From a virus (lineage: Duplodnaviria > Caudoviricetes): a stretch of 64,000 nt of DNA. The position numbers and the translations under genes were made by a program. Of the stretch, positions 49,173 to 58,458 are shown piece after piece (position 1 is the first letter of the stretch; every line of letters starts with the position of its first letter). The notes beneath the pieces were generated by a model. It worked only from the letters and a program-made list of their open reading frames with translations, made no database searches and was not told where the DNA came from. The stretch is from the IMG/VR virus record IMGVR_UViG_3300028048_000038, positions 345,538 to 409,537 of that record. One strand, written 5' to 3'.

Positions 49173-49916
49173 ATGAATGTTTTAATTGGATGCGAAGAAA
49201 GTCAAGCAGTATGCAATGAGTTTAGAAAATTAGGACATAATGCCTATAGTTGTGATTTACAGAAATGTAGTGGTGGACATCCAGAATGGCACTTCAACTG
49301 TGATATATTCAGCGTAATCGACAATCATGGTGGAATAACACAAGATGGAAACTTTGTGAGAGTGGATGGTTGGAACTTATTTATTGTACATCCACCTTGC
49401 ACATATCTAGCCTCATCTGGCTCACGTTGGCTTTATAACAAAGATGGTTCTAGGAATGAAAAAAGATGGATGCAAAGAGAAGAGGCACTTGAGTTCGTAA
49501 TGAAACTTGCAAATGTTGATATTGAAATGATTGCAATAGAAAACCCAATTGGCGCAATAAGCACCAATTGGATGAAACCGACACAAATCATTAATCCTTG
49601 GCAATTCGGTGATTTGGCAAAGAAAGCAACTTGTCTTTGGTTAAAGAACTTAAAACCATTAGTCCCAATAATAGATGAAGAACCAAGTGACCTTGAATAC
49701 ACCTATAATAGTGGCAAAAAACTCCCAAAATGGGTTTCTGATGCAGTAAAACAATCTAAAAAAGAAGCACAACAATGGGTAAGGGAAAACGGCATAGATA
49801 CCTCTACAAGCGAAGGGAAAAGGCTTAGAAAGGAATATGTAGATAACGCTAGAAGAAGATTAAGGTCAAAGACATTTATTGGCATTGCAAGGGCAATGGC
49901 TGAGACATGGGGATAA
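49173..49916 (+). CDS. DNA cytosine-C5 methyltransferase (phage type)
   Basis: VLIGCEESQ.V, SCDL, HPPCTYL, IENP, KATCLW, RSKTF.GIA.AMA. Confidence 0.82.
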   Translation: MNVLIGCEESQAVCNEFRKLGHNAYSCDLQKCSGGHPEWHFNCDIFSVIDNHGGITQDGNFVRVDGWNLFIVHPPCTYLASSGSRWLYNKDGSRNEKRWMQREEALEFVMKLANVDIEMIAIENPIGAISTNWMKPTQIINPWQFGDLAKKATCLWLKNLKPLVPIIDEEPSDLEYTYNSGKKLPKWVSDAVKQSKKEAQQWVRENGIDTSTSEGKRLRKEYVDNARRRLRSKTFIGIARAMAETWG

Positions 49917-49973
49917 AAAAAGTGAGGAATTATGTATTCCCCACTTTTTTTTATTTAATGTTATTAATTAACC

Positions 49974-52900
49974 TTACTCGAAGTTAATTGTCATTACTGA
50001 ATCAGCATCTGTTACAGCCCCTGTACGGTTGATGTCATACAAATAAACTACTTGGTTATGACCACCGAAGTTGTTTGATGTGACCTTCTCACCGTTGTAC
50101 TTACAGTTCTTAACATTAACTGTCCATGTGGCTATTGCGCTAGTATCACCAGTCAATGCAATGTCAGATGCTGATGGTTGGAAAATCATAAGACCAGCCC
50201 AACTCCAATCACTTGCAGGTGCATTCTCATATGTCCACTCAACATTCTCGAAGTTGATTGTAACACTAGTTGCATTGGTGTAGTTAGCCATTCTCAACAA
50301 GTTAGACTTATCAACGTCAAGGTTCAAATTGCAATCCTTAATGTTAATCACCGCACCATTAGCTGGAGTGTAAATATTAACGATATTGTGGTTAAGTGCC
50401 GTATTGTCAGCAGTCAAGTTAGACACATTGTAGGTAGATGTGAAGAATGACGAATCTGCTGTGTTCTGTGTGCCCTCAAATACGTTGTAAGCGGTAGAAC
50501 CAGTCTCAATTGTTACGTTTTTCAAGTCAACTGTGCTAGCAGATATAAGGACTCTACCATTAGATGCACCCTTGTCACCATTGATTGCCATACCATCTAC
50601 AGTAAACTTGTCAGTTGCTTTTGCCTTTATGTCACCATTGTTAGCACTTCCACCTACGATTGTAAGTGTGTTATACTCAGTTCCAGCTGTAAGTGCTTGT
50701 ATAGCCTCAGTTGAAGTAAGAACGAGGTTAGAACCAGCTGCTGCTGCGTCTACAGAACTTGCGTCATCAGCTACAACCACACCTTCCTTGTCCTCAAGGT
50801 TCTCGATTCTAGTGAGAAGCTGTGACATCATGGCATTCACTTGCTCTTGTGTATAGAAATCAGTTGGAATCTCAGCCTTGTCAGCCTTAAGCTCCAATGC
50901 TGCATTCACGTCAGCAGTCTTTGCATAATCCTCAAGAGACTGGTGCTCTGTCAAGAAACCTTGCTCACCAACCCAAGTCTTGGTTGCCATGTCAGAAATC
51001 TCGGTCTTATCAGCCTTCAATGCCTCTGCTGCTTCTGCTCTTGTCTGCTCACCGTTGATGCTTTCTTGGAGAGCTTGCTCAACATTCTCTGCACGAGTTT
51101 CCTCTGCTGCAATTGCATCTGCGTTTGCATCAATACCACCTTGCAATGCTGTCTCCTTACCGTCAACCTCACCCTTGGTGTATACGTCTGCTGAATTAGC
51201 CTTTAATGCAACCTCATCTGACAAGTTATTGATTCTCTCGTCCAATGCAGTCTCAGCACTTGTAGCTCTTGCAATCTCGCCATCGATATTTGCTTGGATG
51301 GTTACATCTGCCTCTGCTCTATCTATTTCCTCTGTTGCGATTGCATTTGAATTTGATGTGATACCACTCTGCAATGCAGCTTCCTTCTCATCGATTTCAG
51401 CCTTTGTATAGTAGTTGTCAGCCTCGAAGATATCACCGACATCAATTGTTGTGGTCTTGCTTCCACCATCAAGATTCCAAGTGATTACAAGAACAGATGT
51501 GTCACCGCTAGCAACAAGCTCAACGTCCTCAATCATTCCATCTACGATGAAATCAGAACAATCGATTTCTGAAAGTGTCTCACCGTTGTCATTCTTGAGA
51601 TAAATCTTTACGTCACCACTTACATATTCAGCACTTGCAACAGCCTCTGCCTTTCTATCAGCAATCTCTTGGTCAATCTTGCCATCAAGTGTCTGCTCTG
51701 CTGCTTCTGCTCTGTTCTTTTCAGTTGTAATAGCCTCAGTCAATGCGCTCTCAACACCATCAATTTTCTCATCAAGGGCAGTCTCAGCGTCTTGTGCTCT
51801 CTGTCCCTCTGCCTCAATAGCAGCTTGGAGTTCTGTCTCAGCAGATGTTGCACGAGAAATCTCATCACCAAGTGCCTCTTGTATCTCAGTTTCAACGCTG
51901 ATTGCTCTCTCTACTTCAGCATCAATCTTCTCATCTAATGCGGTTTCAGCACTGATTGCTCTTGCTTCCTCTTCATTAACATCAGCCTCCCTATCTGCAA
52001 TCTCTTGCTCAATTTTTTCATCAAGAACTGTTTCTGCGCTTGTAGCTCTTGCAGTCTCAGTCTCAATCTTTGCATTGAGTACTTGTTCTGCTGCCTTTGC
52101 TCTTGCCTCTTCCTCATTGACATCTGCGATTCTGTCTTGAATCTCAGTGGTAAGTCTTGTTGAAAGCTCTTGTTCTGCTGACTCAGCACGTGTCTTTTCA
52201 TGTGTCAAAGCATCGTTAAGAGTATCGGCTCTTACATCGAGTGCAGCCTCTGCGTCCTTTGCCCTTTGTGACTCAGTTGCAAGGTTTGCTGTAAGAACTT
52301 GCTCTGCTGCTGTGGCTCTTGCAGTTTCAGCCTCAATTTTATCATCCAATGCTGTCTCAGCATCTTGTGCTCTCTGTCCTTCTGCCTCAATAGCAGCTTG
52401 GAGTTCTGTCTCAGCACTTGTTGCTCTTGCCTCTTCAGCATCAACGTCAGCTTCCCTATCTGCAATCTCTTGGTCAAGCTTTGCTTCAATGCGTGCTTCC
52501 TCTGCTTGGGCACGTTCAGTCTCTGAAACAATCTTTGCGTCTAGAACCTCTTCTGCTGCGATTGCACGGTCTCTCTCGACATCGATTGCATCTTGAACGC
52601 CAGCGAGTTTAACGCCATTCTCTCCAACGGTTAGGAAGTCTTCTGACTCACCGTCAATGAGAACTGATACGATACCTTCATTCACTTGAAGTCCATCAGC
52701 GAATTCATTCTGGTCAATGAGTTCCTCAACGTCAATTGTTATTACATCACCATTGGTGAACTTGATATAGATTTTTCCATCCTCATACCATGCTCTCTCA
52801 ACGATTGTGTCTGATTTCACGAACTCAGAAACATCAATGGTTGCTTTTTCCTCACCATCCTTGTTTGAGAAGTGAATCATGTTGTCATCCTTGTTATAAG

Positions 52901-53018
52901 CCACTTCTGCGAAGAAACTATCCAAGTCGTTCTCAAGGATTATTCCCATTCCTTGATAGTTGTTCTCGTCCCTATAGCCCCAAGGCTCATACATTCTTGT
53001 CTTTTTCTTGTTTGCCAT
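49974..53018 (-). CDS. Long coiled-coil tail-fibre/appendage-like protein with E..RA..AE repeats and a C-terminal beta-rich domain
   Basis: Repeats such as ETARATAAE; C-terminal domain paralogous to 58459-60285. Confidence 0.65.
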   Translation of the reverse strand: MANKKKTRMYEPWGYRDENNYQGMGIILENDLDSFFAEVAYNKDDNMIHFSNKDGEEKATIDVSEFVKSDTIVERAWYEDGKIYIKFTNGDVITIDVEELIDQNEFADGLQVNEGIVSVLIDGESEDFLTVGENGVKLAGVQDAIDVERDRAIAAEEVLDAKIVSETERAQAEEARIEAKLDQEIADREADVDAEEARATSAETELQAAIEAEGQRAQDAETALDDKIEAETARATAAEQVLTANLATESQRAKDAEAALDVRADTLNDALTHEKTRAESAEQELSTRLTTEIQDRIADVNEEEARAKAAEQVLNAKIETETARATSAETVLDEKIEQEIADREADVNEEEARAISAETALDEKIDAEVERAISVETEIQEALGDEISRATSAETELQAAIEAEGQRAQDAETALDEKIDGVESALTEAITTEKNRAEAAEQTLDGKIDQEIADRKAEAVASAEYVSGDVKIYLKNDNGETLSEIDCSDFIVDGMIEDVELVASGDTSVLVITWNLDGGSKTTTIDVGDIFEADNYYTKAEIDEKEAALQSGITSNSNAIATEEIDRAEADVTIQANIDGEIARATSAETALDERINNLSDEVALKANSADVYTKGEVDGKETALQGGIDANADAIAAEETRAENVEQALQESINGEQTRAEAAEALKADKTEISDMATKTWVGEQGFLTEHQSLEDYAKTADVNAALELKADKAEIPTDFYTQEQVNAMMSQLLTRIENLEDKEGVVVADDASSVDAAAAGSNLVLTSTEAIQALTAGTEYNTLTIVGGSANNGDIKAKATDKFTVDGMAINGDKGASNGRVLISASTVDLKNVTIETGSTAYNVFEGTQNTADSSFFTSTYNVSNLTADNTALNHNIVNIYTPANGAVINIKDCNLNLDVDKSNLLRMANYTNATSVTINFENVEWTYENAPASDWSWAGLMIFQPSASDIALTGDTSAIATWTVNVKNCKYNGEKVTSNNFGGHNQVVYLYDINRTGAVTDADSVMTINFE
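51781..52416. repeat. Near-identical 63-nt direct repeats (51781-51843 and 52354-52416) inside the fibre gene
   Basis: gtctcagcRtcttgtgctctctgtccYtctgcctcaatagcagcttggagttctgtctcagca. Confidence 0.85.
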
Positions 53019-53088
53019 AATATATTATGCTTTTTTTAATTATATAATTATTCAATATTCATTATTATCTATAAATATTTCTTATGTT

Positions 53089-53265
53089 TTATTTCTTCAG
53101 TTCCTCAATCAATTTATCTGCATATTCCACCGCAATATCAGCGACTTGTCTCTTGAATACAAATTGGAATATGAACAATAGTATGAAGCTAGAAAGTATG
53201 GAGTTCATAACGCTGATGGCTGCATTTATTCTCACTTCTTCCCAATTAACTGTTGAATTATTCAT
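53089..53265 (-). CDS. Small membrane protein
   Basis: VNWEEVRINAAI.VM...AVEYADKLIEELKK with a hydrophobic middle. Confidence 0.5.
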   Translation of the reverse strand: MNNSTVNWEEVRINAAISVMNSILSSFILLFIFQFVFKRQVADIAVEYADKLIEELKK

Positions 53266-53305
53266 ATAAAACCTTATTTTTTGTATATAAATATTTAAAT
53301 TAAAT

Positions 53306-54055
53306 ATGAAGATAGATTTATACACATTATGCTGGAATGAAATGGATATTCTTCCATTTGTTGTTGATTATTGGAAAAGATTTGTAACTCACGCCTACGT
53401 ATATGACAATGGTTCTACCGATGGAAGTGTTGAGTACTTGAAACAGTTCGATTGGATTACAGTTGAGCACTTTGAAACCGAAGGTATGAATGATGCAGTT
53501 CAACGTGACATTAAGAATAACAATTGGAAGCAGTCAAGGGGTAATGCTGACTGGGTTGTTGTGTGTGATATGGATGAAATTGTGTATTCAAAAGATTTGG
53601 GCAAAGTTCTTGAGGAAGCATCATCTAATGGTTATACCGCAATAGACTGTGACTGGTATTGGTTCTGCGATGATTATCTCCCAGAGTATAAAAATGATGG
53701 GTTATTATTACACCAAAAACTGACAAAGTTTTATAATAATGCTGGTAAGCACTTGATATTTAATCCAAATGAGATAATTGAAATGAATTATAGTGTTGGC
53801 TCTCACACTGCAAAACCAATCGGAAATTACAAACCTTGCAAAAGTGACGAGGTTTGTGTATTCCATACCGATAAGGGATTCGGTATTGAATATAAACTAA
53901 AGAGATATAAAGAAATGGATGACAGATTATCTCAAGTAAACAGGAGAAATAAATGGTGTATTCATTATGGGTTCAGTGAAGAAAAACTAACTAATGATTA
54001 TTTGAATTGCCAAAAAAACTCGTTTAATGTGAATGACAAAGAAGGATTTAATTGA
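53306..54055 (+). CDS. Glycosyltransferase family 2-like
   Basis: CWNE..ILP, YDNGSTDGS, WVVVCDMDE. Confidence 0.85.
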   Translation: MKIDLYTLCWNEMDILPFVVDYWKRFVTHAYVYDNGSTDGSVEYLKQFDWITVEHFETEGMNDAVQRDIKNNNWKQSRGNADWVVVCDMDEIVYSKDLGKVLEEASSNGYTAIDCDWYWFCDDYLPEYKNDGLLLHQKLTKFYNNAGKHLIFNPNEIIEMNYSVGSHTAKPIGNYKPCKSDEVCVFHTDKGFGIEYKLKRYKEMDDRLSQVNRRNKWCIHYGFSEEKLTNDYLNCQKNSFNVNDKEGFN

Positions 54056-55463
54056 TAAAGCTATATATATTCAGTTTCCGTATTCATATACAACTTATAA
54101 AGAATATAAGGTTGATAAGGAAATAAATAAACTTCCATTGCCAGAGAAAGGAATGATGTATGACGGTTGGACGAAAAACAATAACCATTATACTCCGCAG
54201 TATCATAGGAAATATACTATACCATTATTATGTAAAATACTTAATATAAATTTTAATAATGATGATTTTGTTGTTGACGAAAGGCATAGTGGGAATTTTG
54301 ATATATCTTTATTAAAGCCAAAGGAAAAATATGAATATGAAATATATGGCTATACAAGGGGTGAACATTTTGATAATCTATTATTTGAAGATATAACAAG
54401 TAATGATTCGCCAAACAAAGACATCACAGATTATCATAGACTTTATAAGTATTCTCACGAATGTTCAAGGCTTATTAATAAAACCATAAACAGTGACAGA
54501 ATATTATTCATAAGTGGTGATTCTCAACTTATTCCTATTGTACCTTTTTTATCTTCTTTCTTCAAAGAAATATGGTATTTTGATAATAGGGACAATAAGG
54601 CGTTTTCTGATAAATGGGGAAATATAAGATTCACAGATGTTATAATTGAAATGAATTGGACTGAAACTTGGACATATCTAGATAGGAATTTTAAAGAAAT
54701 TGAAAATAATGTTAACATCTTCATAGGTACTCAGAAGACATTTGAGCCAAAGGTTACGAATGAAGTGTATAAAATCATCGTGGGCAATCATGACATTGAG
54801 AATAATTCAAACCTTGAACTAATCCAATGCAAGCATGATTTACCTCTTGATGACAGATTCTATTCTGAGATATACATGCTTGATTATATAGCAAAGAATA
54901 GAGAACTTAAGAAATATGTTGGCTTCTGTCACAATAGAAGGTATTTCAGCTTCCTTGATAAGATTCCAAACATTGATGAGATATTCTCAGAATTCGATTG
55001 TATAACAGCAAAACCAAAACAGTTTAAGAGCAATATAATTGCGCAATATAAGTCATGTCATAACATTGAAGACCTATATATCATTGGAGGTATAATTGCT
55101 GATAAATATCCACAATACGCAAAGATGTGGCATACATTCATCAATGGGAAGATATTCATACCATATAACATGTTCATCATGAAATCAGAAGACTTTATTG
55201 AATATATGAAATTCATAATGGGTGTATTAGATGAATATGTCAAAATAGTTGGAACAGATATTAATAAGAGAATTGAGGACAATAAGGATAAATACCTTAA
55301 ATCGTTCTACCCAAATAATACACAAGAATACCAATATAGAATTGGTGGATATGCCGCAGAACGATTGTCAAATCTATTTATATTAACACACTTTAAGAAG
55401 ATAAAAACATATCCCGTAATTGTAACTGAAAATAAGTATCAAAATGAGAAATCAAATCTATGA
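54033..55463 (+). CDS. Fusion of an SGNH-like domain and a DUF4422 glycosyltransferase-like domain
   Basis: ILFISGDSQ; YSEIY, YVGFCHNRRYF, QY..CH..EDL, YNMFIMK, RIGGY.AERL. Confidence 0.7.
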   Translation: MTKKDLIDKAIYIQFPYSYTTYKEYKVDKEINKLPLPEKGMMYDGWTKNNNHYTPQYHRKYTIPLLCKILNINFNNDDFVVDERHSGNFDISLLKPKEKYEYEIYGYTRGEHFDNLLFEDITSNDSPNKDITDYHRLYKYSHECSRLINKTINSDRILFISGDSQLIPIVPFLSSFFKEIWYFDNRDNKAFSDKWGNIRFTDVIIEMNWTETWTYLDRNFKEIENNVNIFIGTQKTFEPKVTNEVYKIIVGNHDIENNSNLELIQCKHDLPLDDRFYSEIYMLDYIAKNRELKKYVGFCHNRRYFSFLDKIPNIDEIFSEFDCITAKPKQFKSNIIAQYKSCHNIEDLYIIGGIIADKYPQYAKMWHTFINGKIFIPYNMFIMKSEDFIEYMKFIMGVLDEYVKIVGTDINKRIEDNKDKYLKSFYPNNTQEYQYRIGGYAAERLSNLFILTHFKKIKTYPVIVTENKYQNEKSNL

Positions 55464-55590
55464 TTAGGATAGATAATGATGGTTCTGAACTTGCTTATGA
55501 TGGGTTATTTAGTGATTTAATTAAAAAAATAAGAAATAATTTGTTTTTTAAGAATATTTTATATATATTTGCAATAAATTGTAATAAAAT

Positions 55591-56187
55591 ATGGAAATTT
55601 GGAAAGATATAAAAGGATATGAAGGTTTATACCAAGTTTCAAATGAAGGTAGAATTAAATCATTAGCAAGAGAATGGACTACTGGAAACAGAAACTCAAA
55701 ACGATGCCACGATGAGATGATGATAAAGCAATCTTGTGATGATAAGGGTTACAAAATGGTTTGTTTATCTAAAGATGGTAGAAGTATAACTAAAAAAGTT
55801 CATAAACTTGTCGCTCTTGCATTTATTGAAAATCCTAATAATTTACCCCAAGTAAATCATAAAGATGAAAATAAAGAAAACAACTTTGTTTTCATTAATG
55901 AAGATGGGTCTGTTGATTTGGAGAAATCTAATTTGGAATGGTGTACACTAGAATACAACGTCAAATATGGAACAAGAACAGAAAGGACTAGCAAAAAAGT
56001 ATATCAGTATACGTTAGATGGGGAATTGGTTAAAATATGGTCATCAACAGCCGAATGTGGCAGAAATGGGTTTAGCCAAACAAAAGTGTCTGATTGCTGT
56101 AATGGCGGATATTTCAGCCATTCAAGGGGTAAATGGCACACAGTAAATTCACATAGAGGATATAAATGGAGTTATATTGAATTATAG
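55591..56187 (+). CDS. NUMOD4-HNH homing endonuclease
   Basis: EIWKDIKGYEGLYQVSNEGRIKS, VHKLVA.AF, VNHKDENKENN, NLEWCT..YN, C-terminal NUMOD1-like segment. Confidence 0.92.
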   Translation: MEIWKDIKGYEGLYQVSNEGRIKSLAREWTTGNRNSKRCHDEMMIKQSCDDKGYKMVCLSKDGRSITKKVHKLVALAFIENPNNLPQVNHKDENKENNFVFINEDGSVDLEKSNLEWCTLEYNVKYGTRTERTSKKVYQYTLDGELVKIWSSTAECGRNGFSQTKVSDCCNGGYFSHSRGKWHTVNSHRGYKWSYIEL

Positions 56188-56295
56188 AGACTTACCAACC
56201 TATTCCTATTAACTCACTTCAAGAAAATTAAAACTTATTCAGTTATTGTAACTGAAGATAAATATAAAAAAGAAAAAGAGCAATCAAAGGGGTGA
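56188..56295 (+). pseudogene. Displaced duplicate of the 3' end of the DUF4422 gene
   Basis: RLTNLFLLTHFKKIKTYSVIVTEDKYKKEKEQSKG* versus RLSNLFILTHFKKIKTYPVIVTENKYQNEKSNL*. Confidence 0.85.
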
Positions 56296-56464
56296 TTGCT
56301 CTTTATTATATAAGTCTTATGCTATAGTTAGGGAACGATATACTTGTTGACACAATACACTCCTTTTGAATAAAGTGGCACGCACACAACAAACAACGTG
56401 GCATAAGAAAAGGAGTAACTACTGTTACTGTAATTACTCCCTTCTTTATCTATCTACTGTTATC

Positions 56465-57979
56465 TTACTGTTCTACCTTTGTCCAATTATAATAGCCTAA
56501 GTAGTAATAAGCATTCTGCATCCATACATTGTAGCCACTACTACCTTGTGGCACTGTTAATGTACCACCTGTTTTAATTCCTTGGAATGTATCACTATCT
56601 ATGGTAGGAGCTGTCATTGCATTAGACACTATACTTGTAAGACCACTACAATTATAGAAAGCTTGTGTATTAATACTTGTAACACCAGTACCTATTGTAC
56701 AACTTGTAAGACTAGTACAATTAATGAAAGCACCATCCCCAATACTTATAACACTATCTGGTATATCTATACTTGTAAGACTTCCACATGCTTCGAAAGC
56801 GCCATGACTAATACTTATAGTTCCACTTCTAAAGGTAGCACTTGTAATACTTTCACTTGTTGCATGGTAAGCAACATCATTGATGTAGATTATGTTACCA
56901 TAATGATGAGAAGTGTCTGCTGAATAAGTGTTCCACCAAGGAGTATCATCGAAAGTATAAGCACCAATATTTGTAACACTACTTGGTATCTCTATATTTG
57001 TAAGACTTTTACAACTAGTGAAAGCAAGCATTTCAATACTTGTAACACTACTTGGAATATTTATATTTGTAAGACTAATACAGCCCCAGAAAGCACTCAT
57101 TCCAATACTTGTAACACTATCTGGTATATATATACTTGTAAGACTACTACAATCTTGGAAAGCATTACCACCAATACTTGTTGGGTCTTTCAATGTGTAT
57201 TTAACTGTATGTTCTCCTGTTGCATTGAAAGTATATTCACTAACTACACTTGGTTGTTCAACACCATCAATTTCAATAGCACTACTGAATGGTGAATCTG
57301 AGTTTTCACTTATGATTTGTGTTGGATTACTTGTGTCAGTTACATTGAACTTGGCTACAACCCTATATTCCTTAACTGTAAGACTGTAACTTGTATTTGC
57401 TGACAAGTAATTAGCACCTTCACCTATTGTAGCTGTTATGGTAACACTACCAACACCAACACCACTTACAACATTACCATTAACTGTAGCAATGTTCGTA
57501 TCGCTTGAACTGTAGGTAATTATACCATCACCAACACCCAATGATGGAGCAGCCTCAACTGCTACGCTACTTCCACTAGTGACACTGCTTGGGCTGCTTA
57601 TCCAAGACATAGTTCTACTTGCCTTGTTAATGGTAAATGTACCGTTCTTGCTACCACTATACTTACCAATGCCATTAACGGTGAAGGTGTAGTTACCTAC
57701 ATTGATGCCGCCTTCATTATTAGATACGGTGTAGTCAGTTCCATTAATAAGTGTCTCACCACTGAGTGTCACCACGATATTAGTGGCAATCTGTGTCTGA
57801 CCGTTATACGTTGCAGAGTCACAAGTAATGACAGCATCAGTAATAGGTTTTACTGAGTCTGGGTTATACTCCACTGTATTTGTTTCAGTTACAAGTGATA
57901 CATTTGGAAGTGCAGCAGATGGGCTTGCAATGTAAGCCTCATACTGCGCTGTTGTTTCAAATTTTTTTAAATATTTCAT
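56465..57979 (-). CDS. BspA-type leucine-rich-repeat protein with Ig-like domains
   Basis: Repeated AF..C.SLTSI.IP.SVTSIG; YSSSDTNIATV...G.VTITAT (Big_2-like). Confidence 0.88.
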   Translation of the reverse strand: MKYLKKFETTAQYEAYIASPSAALPNVSLVTETNTVEYNPDSVKPITDAVITCDSATYNGQTQIATNIVVTLSGETLINGTDYTVSNNEGGINVGNYTFTVNGIGKYSGSKNGTFTINKASRTMSWISSPSSVTSGSSVAVEAAPSLGVGDGIITYSSSDTNIATVNGNVVSGVGVGSVTITATIGEGANYLSANTSYSLTVKEYRVVAKFNVTDTSNPTQIISENSDSPFSSAIEIDGVEQPSVVSEYTFNATGEHTVKYTLKDPTSIGGNAFQDCSSLTSIYIPDSVTSIGMSAFWGCISLTNINIPSSVTSIEMLAFTSCKSLTNIEIPSSVTNIGAYTFDDTPWWNTYSADTSHHYGNIIYINDVAYHATSESITSATFRSGTISISHGAFEACGSLTSIDIPDSVISIGDGAFINCTSLTSCTIGTGVTSINTQAFYNCSGLTSIVSNAMTAPTIDSDTFQGIKTGGTLTVPQGSSGYNVWMQNAYYYLGYYNWTKVEQ

Positions 57980-58100
57980 AGTTTTCTCAATTTATTTTAA
58001 GTTAGTCAATAATTATTATTGACTCAAATGAAAAAATAACCATGAAATAATTTGTTTTTTTAAAAAAATTTACATATCTTTGCAAAAAGATTCGCAAATT

Positions 58101-58412
58101 ATGGCAACAGTAAGAAATAGCATTCAATATTCATTTTTAAGAAACAAAGAAATATATAAATCACACTCTGAAGCAATCAATAACCTAAGACAACAATTGA
58201 GAAGTAATAACTCATTAACGGATGGCTCTATGATACTTGCAAGATATAGATGCAAGCATGATGTAAGAACGATTGTTGGTGTGATATATTCAGATGGAAT
58301 AAGGAAATCAATGTCAATATTGAAATTAGACAGCATCATCAATGATGCCGATACAAATGATGATAGCTTGCACTATGCAGAGTTATATAAAAAATCCCAA
58401 CTAGCAAATTAA
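58101..58412 (+). CDS. Stand-alone copy of the N-terminal domain of the adjacent fibre proteins
   Basis: FLRN...DG..ILARY...RTIVG shared with the N-termini of 58459-60285 and 60443-62512. Confidence 0.6.
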   Translation: MATVRNSIQYSFLRNKEIYKSHSEAINNLRQQLRSNNSLTDGSMILARYRCKHDVRTIVGVIYSDGIRKSMSILKLDSIINDADTNDDSLHYAELYKKSQLAN

Positions 58413-58458
58413 ATCACTAGTTGGGATTCTTCATTTTTACATATCATTTAACATGCAA

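Noticed and set aside
51300-52600. Periodic repeats as a CRISPR array
   Set aside because: They are degenerate coding repeats of a coiled-coil protein with no repeat-spacer structure.
50071-53020. Many antisense ORFs in the track overlapping structural genes (also at 7.5, 16.6-17.5, 19.5-20.4, 23-24.5 and 59-62 kb)
   Set aside because: Shadow ORFs from codon bias of the real genes; no motifs or promoters.
56465-57979. Diversity-generating retroelement targeting the LRR or fibre genes
   Set aside because: No reverse transcriptase and no adenine-specific TR/VR pair was seen in the window.
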